Of a stretch of DNA of 64,000 nucleotides, positions 18,343 to 28,019 are shown in pieces (position 1 is the first letter of the stretch; each line of letters begins with the position of its first letter). The notes beneath the pieces were generated by a model. That model did no database searches. It was not told the DNA's origin and saw nothing but the letters and a program-made list of their open reading frames with translations. The position numbers and the translations under genes are program-made. The DNA comes from an uncultured delta proteobacterium (GTDB taxonomy: Bacteria > Myxococcota > UBA727 > VGSZ01), in the NCBI GenBank assembly GCA_963775425.1, contig CAVZJB010000009.1, positions 96,001 to 160,000 of the forward strand, read 5' to 3'.

Positions 18343-19343
18343 CAGTCCTCGAAGACCTCGCGGATATCTTCCTTGATCTCGTCCACGGCTTCCTTTTTCT
18401 TGCCGGGGAAAAGCAGGCTGAGCCCGATCCCGGCCCCCAACAATCCACCCACGACGACGAGTGACAACGGGGTCGGCACGTGGGTCGGCGCCTCGGGCCA
18501 CACCCAGGCGAGGAGCGGCAGGCACATCTTGGCCCCGATGAAGCCGAGCACCAAGCCGAGCGCCGGCTTGAGGAACCGGAGCCCCCACAGCGCGCCCGAC
18601 AGCAGGAAGAACAGCGACCGCAGGCCCAGGATGGCGAAGATGTTCGAGGTGTAGACGATGAACGGGTCCAGGGAGATGCCGAACACGGCGGGGATGGAGT
18701 CGAGCGCGAAGACCACGTCGCTGAGCTCGACCGACACGAGGACGAGCAGGAGCGGCGTGGCCTTCCTGACGCCCTCTTTGAGCGTGAAGAAGCGGTGGCC
18801 GTCGTAGCTGTCGGTGACGCGGACGAAGCGGCGGGCGAGCTTGACGACGCGGTTGTCCTTGACGTCGCCTTCGTCGTCGCCGCCGCGCTCGACGATGAGC
18901 TTGATGCCGCTGTACAGGAGGAACGCGCCGAAGACGTAGATGAGCGCGTGCACCGTGGACAGAAGCGCGGTGCCGCCGATGATGAACACGCCGCGCAGGA
19001 CGACGGCGCCGAAGATGCCCCAGAACAGCACGCGGTGCTGGTAGGCGTCGGGGACCTTGAAGGCGTGAAACAGGAGCAAGAAGACGAAGAGGTTGTCGAC
19101 GGACAGCGAGTACTCGATGACGTAGGCCGAGAAGAACTCGAGGCCGCTCTCACGGTCCGACAGCACGAGGACGGCGACGCCGAACCCGCAGCCGAGCGTC
19201 ACCCACACGATGGTCCACGCGAGCGCCACGCGCTTCTTCATCGGCGCGTCGCTGCGGCTCCCGATCCACAGGTCCACCGCCAGCACCACGACGACGATGG
19301 CCGTGAACGCGATCCACAGCGCCGGGGTGCCGATGGAGTGCAC
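18342..19343 (-). CDS. terC: TerC/Alx family membrane protein
   Basis: EYSLSVDNLFVF, QHRVLFWGIFGA, DVVFALDSIPA and TSNIFAILGLRSL motifs. Confidence 0.95.
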   Translation of the reverse strand: MHSIGTPALWIAFTAIVVVVLAVDLWIGSRSDAPMKKRVALAWTIVWVTLGCGFGVAVLVLSDRESGLEFFSAYVIEYSLSVDNLFVFLLLFHAFKVPDAYQHRVLFWGIFGAVVLRGVFIIGGTALLSTVHALIYVFGAFLLYSGIKLIVERGGDDEGDVKDNRVVKLARRFVRVTDSYDGHRFFTLKEGVRKATPLLLVLVSVELSDVVFALDSIPAVFGISLDPFIVYTSNIFAILGLRSLFFLLSGALWGLRFLKPALGLVLGFIGAKMCLPLLAWVWPEAPTHVPTPLSLVVVGGLLGAGIGLSLLFPGKKKEAVDEIKEDIREVFED

Positions 19344-19424
19344 CCGGGGGAAGTACCCGCTGAGGGGACGGGTGCCAAGCAAGACCCGCGGCGCAGCGAT
19401 GCGCGGGCGCGCGCCCACGCTTCG

Positions 19425-20330
19425 TCAGCGGGTCTCGAGGCGGGCCAGCGACAGGCCCTTCTTGTCGAGGCGGCGCATGAGGTCTCCCTTGGAAGCCTCG
19501 ATGAGCCGCTTGCTGTTCTGATCGAGGTTCTCGAAGCGCAGCGAGACCTTGCCGTCCTCGGCGGACACGCGCATGCGCGCGCCCTTGAGCGGGCCGTCCT
19601 TCAGCTCGATCTGGAATTCCTTGAGGCCCTTGTCGTTGACGGCGAGGTGCACGGCGCTGACGAGCTTGTCGAGGAGCTCGGCGGGGATCTGCTTGACCTC
19701 GTGCGCCGGCGCCGCCCCCTGCGCCGCCTGCAACTGAGCGGCCTTGACGGCGCCGAGCGCGCCGGCGCCCTCGCGGCCGCGCCCGTCGGACTCGCCCTTG
19801 CCGTCGGCGTCGATGGCGGCGTTGGGCAATGCGGCGTTGCGAGCGTCGAGCTGCACCGCCTCCGCGTCCATCTCCTTGGCCGTCTCCTTCTTGTCGAGGT
19901 CGACCTTGCGATCGTCGCGCTCGACGCGGTCGTGCTCGACGCCCTGCTGGCGCCGCACGAAGCGGCCCGTGTCCGCCGACTGCGTCGCCGTGGCGTTCTT
20001 GTTGAGCACGCCCTGGAAGCCCTTGGCCTGCTGCATCGCGCGCGTCTGCTTCTGGATGCCGCTCCTGGCGAGGCGCGCGGCCTGGGCCTCGCTGTGGGCC
20101 TCCTTGGCGACGTGCTCGCCCTCCTGCTCGGCGTGGTGCTCCTCGTGCTGCGCCTTGAGCGCCTTGTCCTTCGTCGTCTCGGCGGTGCGCTGCCCGGCGC
20201 GCACCAGCTTGCCGAACGCCGCACGGTTCTTCTCGGTGGACTTGGCGTCGCGGGCGTTCTTGTCGAGCTTCTTCTGGAGCCGCTCAGCCTCCGCCCTTTT
20301 GTGGGCGTCTTCTTCGACACGCGTGGACAT
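19425..20330 (-). CDS. SctP/FliK-like length-control protein
   Basis: Charged N-terminal region, C-terminal FQIELKDGPLKGARMRVSAEDGKVSLRF (T3S4-like), position between sctO and sctQ. Confidence 0.7.
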   Translation of the reverse strand: MSTRVEEDAHKRAEAERLQKKLDKNARDAKSTEKNRAAFGKLVRAGQRTAETTKDKALKAQHEEHHAEQEGEHVAKEAHSEAQAARLARSGIQKQTRAMQQAKGFQGVLNKNATATQSADTGRFVRRQQGVEHDRVERDDRKVDLDKKETAKEMDAEAVQLDARNAALPNAAIDADGKGESDGRGREGAGALGAVKAAQLQAAQGAAPAHEVKQIPAELLDKLVSAVHLAVNDKGLKEFQIELKDGPLKGARMRVSAEDGKVSLRFENLDQNSKRLIEASKGDLMRRLDKKGLSLARLETR

Positions 20331-20417
20331 GAAAAACCCCGGTGAAAAGCATCGCGGAGTGTATCGGCGCCGCCGCCGACGGGGGTGCGACCCCGTCATG
20401 ACGCGGCGCGCCGTCCG

Positions 20418-20669
20418 TCAGCGACGCGCGGCGGCGAGCTCCTCGCGGAGCTTTTCGATCTCCTCGCGGAGCTTCTCGTTTTCGCGCTGGACCTCGTCGG
20501 CCGTGGGCGGCGGCGGGTCCTCCTTGGCGGCGGCCCCGTCGCGCGGCCCCAGGCGCTTTTTCATGTGCGCGCCGGCGACCTTGGCGATCTCCACGCCGAC
20601 GCCCGCCAAAAGCGCCTTCCCCAGCGTGCGCCCGAGCTCCGCGATGACCTTTCCCACGGAGGCGTTCAT
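20418..20669 (-). CDS. Small amphipathic/coiled-coil protein
   Basis: ATGA overlap with sctO; ENEKLREEIEKLREEL heptads. Confidence 0.7.
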   Translation of the reverse strand: MNASVGKVIAELGRTLGKALLAGVGVEIAKVAGAHMKKRLGPRDGAAAKEDPPPPTADEVQRENEKLREEIEKLREELAAARR

Positions 20670-21178
20670 GCGTCACCGAGCTCCTCGAGGAGCTTCTGGA
20701 AGTACTGGGCCTGCGCGATGTCCTCGGCGGCCATCTCTTCCTTCAGCATGCGCTCGCGCTTCACCTGCTTGAGCCACTTTTCCTTGTGCTTCTCGAGGGC
20801 TTTGAAGTCCTGCGTACATTTCACGACAACTTCCATGGCTTCGGCGGCGATGCGCTCGGCTTCCTGAACGCGCTCTTGCTGCCTGTCGATGTCCACCTGG
20901 TAGGCCTCTTCCTGCTGCTTGAGTCGCTCGATGTGCCGGTCGTTTTGCTGGATCTGGCTCACGGTGTACTCGCCCATGCGGGTGCGCTCGGCGTACTCGG
21001 CCTTCTTGTTCTGGCGCATCTGCACCATCTCTCTGAGCTTCTGGCGCATCTCGTCGAGCTTGCGCTCCTCCTCGACGACCTTCCTGCGCTTCTCCGCGTA
21101 GGCCTCCTCGGCCTCCTTCTTCTTCTTCTCCCGCATCTCGTAGAGGACCTGCAGGCGGTACGCCGGCGACTTGGCCAT
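20666..21178 (-). CDS. sctO: T3SS stalk protein SctO (FliJ/YscO-like)
   Basis: YRLQVLYEMRE start, fully coiled-coil, KALEKHKEKW motif; first co-oriented gene after sctN. Confidence 0.8.
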   Translation of the reverse strand: MAKSPAYRLQVLYEMREKKKKEAEEAYAEKRRKVVEEERKLDEMRQKLREMVQMRQNKKAEYAERTRMGEYTVSQIQQNDRHIERLKQQEEAYQVDIDRQQERVQEAERIAAEAMEVVVKCTQDFKALEKHKEKWLKQVKRERMLKEEMAAEDIAQAQYFQKLLEELGDA

Positions 21179-21252
21179 ATGGGATGAGATTACCGTCTGC
21201 TCGCGGCGGCGTCATTGCACAGGCCGCTTCCGGGCGTGGTACGTGCTGCTCT

Positions 21253-23032
21253 GTGTCGCTCCCGGGCACGGCGCTCTTCTTCGCCCTCCTCGCGGTCGTC
21301 GTCGCGGGCGTGGCAGGCGCCCTGCGGCGCCTGCAGGCCGGCCGGCCTTCCACCGCGGCCGCGGCGGCGCTGGCCGTCCTGGCGGTGGGCCCGGACCTGC
21401 TCGGGCGCCCCTTTCACGACGTCGGCGCCGGCCTGTGTCTCACTTCAGTCCTGTGCGCGCCGGGCGTCCTCTTTTTGCGCCGCCCCGCCCCGGCGCGGAC
21501 GGGCGACCCGCGCGCGCCGGGCCCTCCGCTCGACGCGCTCGCCGCCGCCCTCGCGCTCCTCCTGTTCGCGGGCATCGCCTGGGTGACGCTCACGACGTTC
21601 CTCTGGGACGAGCGCAGCACGCACTTCGGGCTCGCCTCCGTCGTCGCCAGGGGCGGGTTGCCGGTGTTTCACCCCGAGTTCCCCGGCGCGGCGTTTTCGT
21701 ACCACGCGGGCTTCGACGTCATCGCCGGCGCCGTCCGGCGCTTCACGCGGCTGCCCATCGAGCGCTGCATCGACGTCGTCGGCCTCGCCGCCGCGGCGTC
21801 GCTGCTGTGGACGCTCCTCGACATCGGCCGCGACCTCGGCGGACGCGCCGGCGCGCGCCTCGCCCCCGCGCTCGCGCTGCTCGCCTACGGCCCGCTCTCC
21901 CTGTGCACCGGCGTGGTCTACGGCCTCGATCCCGCGTGCAGCGCCCTGTTCCCCGCGTCGTGGCAGCACACGGCCTGGCTGCCGGCGCCGGTGATTCTCG
22001 AATTTCTTCCAACACCCGCAGGCCCTCGGCATGGCGGTCGTCCTGCCCGCGCTCGTCCTCGGCAGCGACGACGACCAAAAGCGCTTCGGCGCCGGCGTCG
22101 CCCTGCTCGCGCTGGCGTCACAGGCGCACGTGGTGCTCTTCGGGCTCGCCGGCCTCGGCCTCGCCGCCGTCGTCGTCGCGCGCACCGTGCGCACGCGGGC
22201 CGTGGCCGCCGGCGCCGTCCGCGGCGCCGCGCTCCTGGGCGCGCTCGCGTTCGCGCTCCTCGCCGGCGGCTTCTTCCATACGCCGGAGGCGCCCGCGCGC
22301 TTCCTGTGGGTCGGGCACTTCCGCGCCGCGTTCCACGCCGGCGTCCTCGGGAGCATCGCGCTCAACCTGGTGCTGTTCGCGCCCGCCCTCGCCACGCTGC
22401 CGTTCGCGGTCTTTCGCGCGCGAGCCGGCGGGCTGCGCCTCGCGCTCGTCGTCGCCGCCGCCGCCGGGTTCATCGCCGGCAACGTCGTCAGCTACGAGCG
22501 GAGCTGGGACATCGTGAAGCTCTTCGGGGCCGCCGCCTTCTGCGCCAACCTGCTCCTCGCCGACGTGCTGGCGGCCGCCGTCGCGCGCGTGCGGCCCGCC
22601 GTCGTCGCCTGCGTCGCCGCCGCCTGCGCCGTCGCCGGCGGCGTGTGGCTCGTGCGCTTCGGCCCGCTCAACGGCGCCATCGCCCCGCGCTACACCGAGC
22701 GCGCGCCCGCGCCGCTCGCGCGCGACCTCGACGCGCGCTTCGGCGACGTCGTCGGCCTCGCGCCCGTCCTCACCGACGCGCCGCAGATCCAGGAGCTCGG
22801 CTTCGCCCTCGTCGGGTTCGACTGGCGCGACGCCAGCGTCGGCTTCCTCGTCGACCGCGACCGCCGCGACGCCCTCACCAAGCTGCGAGACCGCGCGCTC
22901 ACGTCGCTGTCGCTCGCCGACGTGCGCGCCACGGGAGCGCGCTTCGTGCTCGTGCGCGCCGGGCGCGCCGTGGACCCCGCGCTCGAGCGCGTCGGCGACG
23001 TCGACGACCACGCGCTCTACCGCGTGCCCTGA
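21253..23032 (+). pseudogene. Polytopic membrane protein (possible GT-C fold) split by a +1 frameshift near 21997
   Basis: First frame is hydrophobic to PAPVI (WDERSTH, YHAGFD); second frame resumes SNFFQHPQALGMAVV and stays hydrophobic to TGA 23030-23032. Confidence 0.7.
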
Positions 23033-23036
23033 TTCT

Positions 23037-24470
23037 TCAGTCCTGGGCGTCCGCGAACATCTCCACCAGCGCCTGCACCGTGTCCTCGAACGCGGAGGCC
23101 TCCGTGGTGCCCTGCTTGAGGAACGTCTCGACCTCTTCGATCTTGTCGATGGCGTAGTCGACCTGCGGATCGGTGCCGTACTGGTACGCGCCGAGGAGGA
23201 TGAGGTCGCGGTTCTTCTCGTAGGTGGCCATCACCTGCCGCATCTTGGACGCGGCCTTTTTGTGCTCGTCGGCGGCGATGCCGGTCATCACGCGGGACAG
23301 CGACGGCAGCACGTCGATGGCGGGCCAGTGGTTTCGCGCGCCGAGCTCGCGGTTGAGGATGACGTGGCCGTCGAGGATGCCGCGCACCTCGTCGGCGATG
23401 GGCTCCTCCATGTCGCCGCCTTGCACGAGGATCGTGTACATCGCGGTGATGGAGCCGATGTGGTTGTTGCCGGTGCGCTCCATGAGCTTCGGGATGAGCG
23501 CGAACACGCTCGGCGGGTAGCCCTGGCGCGCAGGCGGCTCGCCGAGCGCGAGGCCGATCTCGCGCTGCGCGCGGGCGAAGCGGGTGGAGCTGTCCATCAT
23601 GAACAGGACGTCCTTGCCCTCGTCGCGGAACCACTCCGCCACCGCCGTGGCGACGAAGCAACACTTGAGGCGCACGAGCGAGGGCTGGTCCGACGTGGCG
23701 CACACGACGACGGAGCGCTTGAGGCCCTCTTCGCCGAGGGAGTCGTGGATGAACTCGAGCACCTCGCGACCGCGCTCGCCGACCATGCAGACCACGACGA
23801 TCTCGGCGGAGGTCTGCCGCGCGATCTGTCCCATCAACGTCGACTTGCCGACGCCGGAGCCCGCGAACAGGCCGACGCGCTGGCCGCGGCCGACGGTGAG
23901 CAGGCCGTCCCACGCGCGCACGCCGAAGGAGATGACGCGATCGACGGGTTGGCGCGTGTAGGGATCGGGGCACTCGCGCTCGACGGCCCAGTCCTCGAGG
24001 CCCTCGATCTCCTCGATGGAGCCGAGGCCGTCGATGGGCTCGCCGGTGCCGGAGAGCGTTCGGCCGAGCAGGCCGTAGCCGCACTTGATCTGGAACGGCT
24101 TGCCGCTCGGGATGACCTCGCTCTCGGGGCCGAGCCCGGCGTTCTTGGGATTGCCGAGCGGCATCAAGAAGACGGCGCCGTCCTTGAAGCCGACGACCTC
24201 GGTCTTGAGCGCGCCGACGTCTTCCTTGGGCGACGTCACGTAGCACATCTCGCCGATGCGCACGCCCGGCACCGCAGCCTTGATGATGAGGCCGGTGACC
24301 TCGGTGACGCGGCCGCGGACGCGGTACGGCTTGGCCTCGCGGATCTCCTCGATGGCCCGACGCAGCTCGATGACCTTGCCCTCGGGGACGCCGTCGACGT
24401 GGGGCGCGGGCTCGCCGACGAGGTTCTCCTCAAGGGCGTCGAAGTCCGGCTTCTTGCGCGTGGTGGTCAT
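23037..24470 (-). CDS. sctN: T3SS ATPase SctN (FliI/YscN family)
   Basis: GQRVGLFAGSGVGKST, GERGREV, DSSTRFARAQREIG and GILDGH motifs. Confidence 0.96.
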   Translation of the reverse strand: MTTTRKKPDFDALEENLVGEPAPHVDGVPEGKVIELRRAIEEIREAKPYRVRGRVTEVTGLIIKAAVPGVRIGEMCYVTSPKEDVGALKTEVVGFKDGAVFLMPLGNPKNAGLGPESEVIPSGKPFQIKCGYGLLGRTLSGTGEPIDGLGSIEEIEGLEDWAVERECPDPYTRQPVDRVISFGVRAWDGLLTVGRGQRVGLFAGSGVGKSTLMGQIARQTSAEIVVVCMVGERGREVLEFIHDSLGEEGLKRSVVVCATSDQPSLVRLKCCFVATAVAEWFRDEGKDVLFMMDSSTRFARAQREIGLALGEPPARQGYPPSVFALIPKLMERTGNNHIGSITAMYTILVQGGDMEEPIADEVRGILDGHVILNRELGARNHWPAIDVLPSLSRVMTGIAADEHKKAASKMRQVMATYEKNRDLILLGAYQYGTDPQVDYAIDKIEEVETFLKQGTTEASAFEDTVQALVEMFADAQD

Positions 24471-26641
24471 TGGCCCTTGAGGATCGCCCTCACCTTGGAG
24501 GCGTCCTCCGCGTCGGGCTTGAGCTCGAGGTACTTCCGGTAGTGCTTGCGCGCGAGATCGTTCTTCTTGAGCTTGGCGTAGGCCACGCCGAGCGTGCGGT
24601 GCACGTTGGCGTTGTTGCCGTTGACGTAGGGCGCGAGCTCGCTCACGGCGGCGCCGGGATCGCCCGCGAAGATCTTCTGGGTGGCGCTGCTCAGCGCCTT
24701 GTTGATCTCGGCCTGCTTGTTGTGGTGCGTGACGCGGGGCTCGTCGGTCTTGCGCTTGTGCTTGGGCTCCGCTCGCACGGCGTGCCCGCCGCTGTCGCCC
24801 GCGGCGTCGTCGGCGGCGGCGAGGGCGGCGTCGTCGTCCGCGCCCGCGGCGGCGCCGTCGTCATGCGCGTCGCCCGGGGCGGCGTCGTCGTGCGCGGCGG
24901 CGTCGTCTGCGCCCGCGGCGGCGGCGGCGGCGGCGGGCGCGTCGTCCCCGGTGGGGCCGACGTCGGGCTTGGCGCCGCTGCCGTCCGGGACGGGCGCCGT
25001 GTCGGGCGTCGTCGGCGTCGGTGAGGCCGCGGCGGTGGGTGGGGGCGGCGTGGGCTTGTCGTCGCCGCCGCTCGTGGCGACGAGCACGGCGATCACCGCG
25101 AGCAGCGCGATGACGACGACGACGCCGATGACGATGATGTTCGGGCGGCCGCTCGGCTGCGAGAAGCCCTCGAACGGCGCCGCCGACACCGCGTCCGCCT
25201 GCTTCTTGCGAACGGGGTTGGTGACCCCGGTGCCGGCGTCCTGCTCGAAGTCGTCGCCGGCGGTGTCGGCGATGCGGGCGCGCTCGATCTCCTCGGGGGA
25301 GACGGCGAAGCGCTCGCCGATGGCGACGAAGCGAAGGCGGACGCGGCCGAGCTCGACGACGTCGCCGGGCTTCAACACGGCCTGCTCGACCTCCTCGTTG
25401 TTGACGAGGACGCCGTTGGCGCTCTTGAGATCGAGGATGCGCACGCGATCGCCCTCGCGCACCACCTTGGCGTGGTTTCGCGAGACCGACTTGTGCTCGA
25501 TGGTGATGTCGTTGTCCTCGGTGCGCCCGAGCACCGCCTCCGCCGCACGCAGCGAGAAGGTGCTGCCCGCGAAGATGGTGTTGAGCACCACCAGGCGCGG
25601 GTACACCACGTCCTCGGCGCCGGGCGCGGCGCGCATGGCCTCGGTCTGCTCCTCGAGGGCGGTGCGTGCGTCGTTGGGACGCGCCGGCGCCGCCGGCGTC
25701 CCCGGCGCGCGCCCGTTGTCCGGCGACGGCGTGGCCGGCCGCGCGTCGGGGGCGCGGTCCTGCGCCCGCGGCTCGGGCTTGGTCTCGAGCACCCCGACGT
25801 GGCCGCCGATCTCGGGCACCGCCGCCGTCGGCGATCCCTCCGCCTTGTGCGCCACCGCCTTGTGCGCCGCCGGCGGCGGCGCGGGCGGCATGGTGATGGG
25901 CGGCGGCGACGTCGCCTGGCGCACCGTGGGCTCGAGCTCGGCCTCGCGCTGTCGCGACGGCAGCGCCGCGGCGTCCACAGTGGGCGCCTCCATGGCTTCG
26001 AGCATCTCCATGGTGACGCGCTCGGTGTCGCCGCCGTCGGGATCGAAGCCGCTCCGCGCGTTGCTGCCGTTTTCCGGCGCCGGCTGCGGCGCGGGCTGCG
26101 CCCCCGCGACCGCGGGCGACGGCACCGTGCGCTCGTCGCTGAGCGGGTGATCTTCCTGGGTGGCGAGCCCGGGCACCGACAGCGCGGGTCCGCCCTGCGG
26201 AGGCTCCCAACGCTGCGTGTCGCCGGCGAACTCGTCGTCGTCGGGGCCGTGGGGAGCGGTGTCGCGGTGCAGCGGCTGCGTGGCCTGGGCGCCCTCGGCC
26301 GCGCCGTTGTGCGGGTGTTGCGGCGCGGTCACGCCGAGGGTGTCCTGCGCGTGAAGCGCGAGGTGGTAGTCGCCGATCTGGATGGTGTCGCCCTCGTGGA
26401 CGTGCACCCGGCCGTCGATGCGATCCCCGTTGAGCTTGATGCCGTTGAAGCTCTTCAGGTCCTCGATCAGGACGTGGCCGTTCTCCTTCGAGAGCTTGGC
26501 GTGGTTGCGGGAGACGTTCCGCTCCGTGAGCCGGATGGTGTTCCCTTCTTTACGCCCGATGGTGATGACGTCGCGCGTGAACGGCACGACGATCTGCTTG
26601 CCCGCATCGTCTTCGATGATCAGCTTCCAGGTCGAAGGCAT
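24467..26641 (-). CDS. Double-FHA, single-TM, C-terminal TPR protein
   Basis: FHA1 IGRKEGN..VSRNH..DLKSFNG; FHA2 LGRTEDN..VSRNH..DLKSANG; TM IIVIGVVVVIALLAVIAVLV; TPR HRTLGVAYAKL..YRKYLELKP; ATGA overlap with sctN. Confidence 0.88.
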   Translation of the reverse strand: MPSTWKLIIEDDAGKQIVVPFTRDVITIGRKEGNTIRLTERNVSRNHAKLSKENGHVLIEDLKSFNGIKLNGDRIDGRVHVHEGDTIQIGDYHLALHAQDTLGVTAPQHPHNGAAEGAQATQPLHRDTAPHGPDDDEFAGDTQRWEPPQGGPALSVPGLATQEDHPLSDERTVPSPAVAGAQPAPQPAPENGSNARSGFDPDGGDTERVTMEMLEAMEAPTVDAAALPSRQREAELEPTVRQATSPPPITMPPAPPPAAHKAVAHKAEGSPTAAVPEIGGHVGVLETKPEPRAQDRAPDARPATPSPDNGRAPGTPAAPARPNDARTALEEQTEAMRAAPGAEDVVYPRLVVLNTIFAGSTFSLRAAEAVLGRTEDNDITIEHKSVSRNHAKVVREGDRVRILDLKSANGVLVNNEEVEQAVLKPGDVVELGRVRLRFVAIGERFAVSPEEIERARIADTAGDDFEQDAGTGVTNPVRKKQADAVSAAPFEGFSQPSGRPNIIVIGVVVVIALLAVIAVLVATSGGDDKPTPPPPTAAASPTPTTPDTAPVPDGSGAKPDVGPTGDDAPAAAAAAAGADDAAAHDDAAPGDAHDDGAAAGADDDAALAAADDAAGDSGGHAVRAEPKHKRKTDEPRVTHHNKQAEINKALSSATQKIFAGDPGAAVSELAPYVNGNNANVHRTLGVAYAKLKKNDLARKHYRKYLELKPDAEDASKVRAILKGQ

Positions 26642-26725
26642 CCGCGAGTGCGCACTCCTGGCCGGCATCATACGTCGACGAACAGGCCGGCCGCCAAGCC
26701 GTGACCGGCGCTGTGTTTGGAGACC

Positions 26726-27982
26726 CTATCGCACACCGCGGGCGATGTTCTTGCCCGCCGGCCACCGCCGGATGACGTCCAGGGCGGCGGCCACCTGCGG
26801 ATCCCGCTTGACCCGCTCCGCCCCGTGGATGCCCGGCGGCAGATCCGCGGCCGGACGCACCGGGACGTCCGGCTCGATGCCGACGTCCTGGATGGAGCGC
26901 CCGCTCGGGGTGAAGTAGCGGGCGATGGTGAGCTTCAGCCCGGCGCCGTCGTCGAGCCCGAACAGCGTCTGCACCGATCCCTTGCCGAAGGTGCGGGTGC
27001 CGACGACCACGGCGCGCTTGTGGTCCTGGAGCGCCCCGGCGACGATCTCGCTCGCCGACGCGGTCCCGTCGTTCACGAGGAGCACCAGCGGGTAGTCCGG
27101 CTCCGTCCCCTCCGGCCGCGCCACCTCCCGCTCCGTGTTCCTCGGGTTCCTGCCCTGGGTGGTGACGATCAGGCCGTCTTTGAGGAAGCGGTCCGCCACG
27201 CGCACGCCCTCGTCGAGGAGGCCCCCGGGGTCGTCGCGCAGGTCGAGCACCACGCCCGCCGGCTGCTGTTTGCCGAGCGCCCGCGCCCGCTTGCGCGCCC
27301 CCGCCAGCGCGTGCGCCAGCTCCTGGTCGGTGCGCTCCTGGAACGCGCGGATGCGGACGTAGGCGATGTCGTTGCCGAGGTCGTCGTCGTCGACGGAGGG
27401 CACGCGCACCTGCCGGCGCACGAGCGGGATGTCCCGCGCATGATCCCAGCCCTTGCGCGCCACAGTGAGGACCACGCGGGTGCCGGGGACGCCGCGCATG
27501 AGCTTGACGCTGGCCTCGAGCGGCTGGCCGCGCATGCTCTCGCCGTCGACGGCGAGGATCTTGTCACCGGGCTTCAAGCCCGCGTGCGCTCCCGGGCTGT
27601 CCGCGTGCACGACCTCCACCTGGATGACGTCGCCGCCGGGCTCTTTGTAGGGCCCCACCTCGATGCCGAGCCCGCCGAACTCGCCCGCGGTGTCCTCGCG
27701 GAGCTTCTCGTACTCGGCGGGGCGCATGAAGGTCGTGTGGGGGTCGAGGCCGGAGAGCATGCCCGTGATGGCGTCGTAGACCAGCTCGTCCGGGTCGAGC
27801 TCGTCCACGTAGTTCTGCTGCACGTACGTGAGCACCTGCGAAAACACCCGCAGCTTCTTGTACGTGCCGTCGACGCCGCCGGCGTACGCGACGCCTGCGC
27901 CGCCGGCGAGGACGACGCCGCACAACAGTCCTGCGACGAACGCAGCGAGGGAAGGCGTGCGGAACAGCGGGGGACGGCGCAT
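26726..27982 (-). CDS. ctpA: S41 carboxyl-terminal processing protease
   Basis: LDPHT, PDZ domain, LDLRDDPGGLL, TASASEI, TFGKGSVQ and GIEPD motifs. Confidence 0.93.
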   Translation of the reverse strand: MRRPPLFRTPSLAAFVAGLLCGVVLAGGAGVAYAGGVDGTYKKLRVFSQVLTYVQQNYVDELDPDELVYDAITGMLSGLDPHTTFMRPAEYEKLREDTAGEFGGLGIEVGPYKEPGGDVIQVEVVHADSPGAHAGLKPGDKILAVDGESMRGQPLEASVKLMRGVPGTRVVLTVARKGWDHARDIPLVRRQVRVPSVDDDDLGNDIAYVRIRAFQERTDQELAHALAGARKRARALGKQQPAGVVLDLRDDPGGLLDEGVRVADRFLKDGLIVTTQGRNPRNTEREVARPEGTEPDYPLVLLVNDGTASASEIVAGALQDHKRAVVVGTRTFGKGSVQTLFGLDDGAGLKLTIARYFTPSGRSIQDVGIEPDVPVRPAADLPPGIHGAERVKRDPQVAAALDVIRRWPAGKNIARGVR

Positions 27983-28019
27983 GGACACCTCGGGTTGCCG
28001 AGTCTATAGCGACCGGCCC

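Noticed and set aside
14084-24470. Flagellar gene cluster
   Set aside because: No rod, hook, filament, stator or chemotaxis genes; order N-O-P-Q-R-S-T and a fused SctQ fit a non-flagellar system, pending phylogeny
24467-26641. Assignment as SctD
   Set aside because: The post-TM region is low-complexity plus one TPR unit, with no visible ring-building domains
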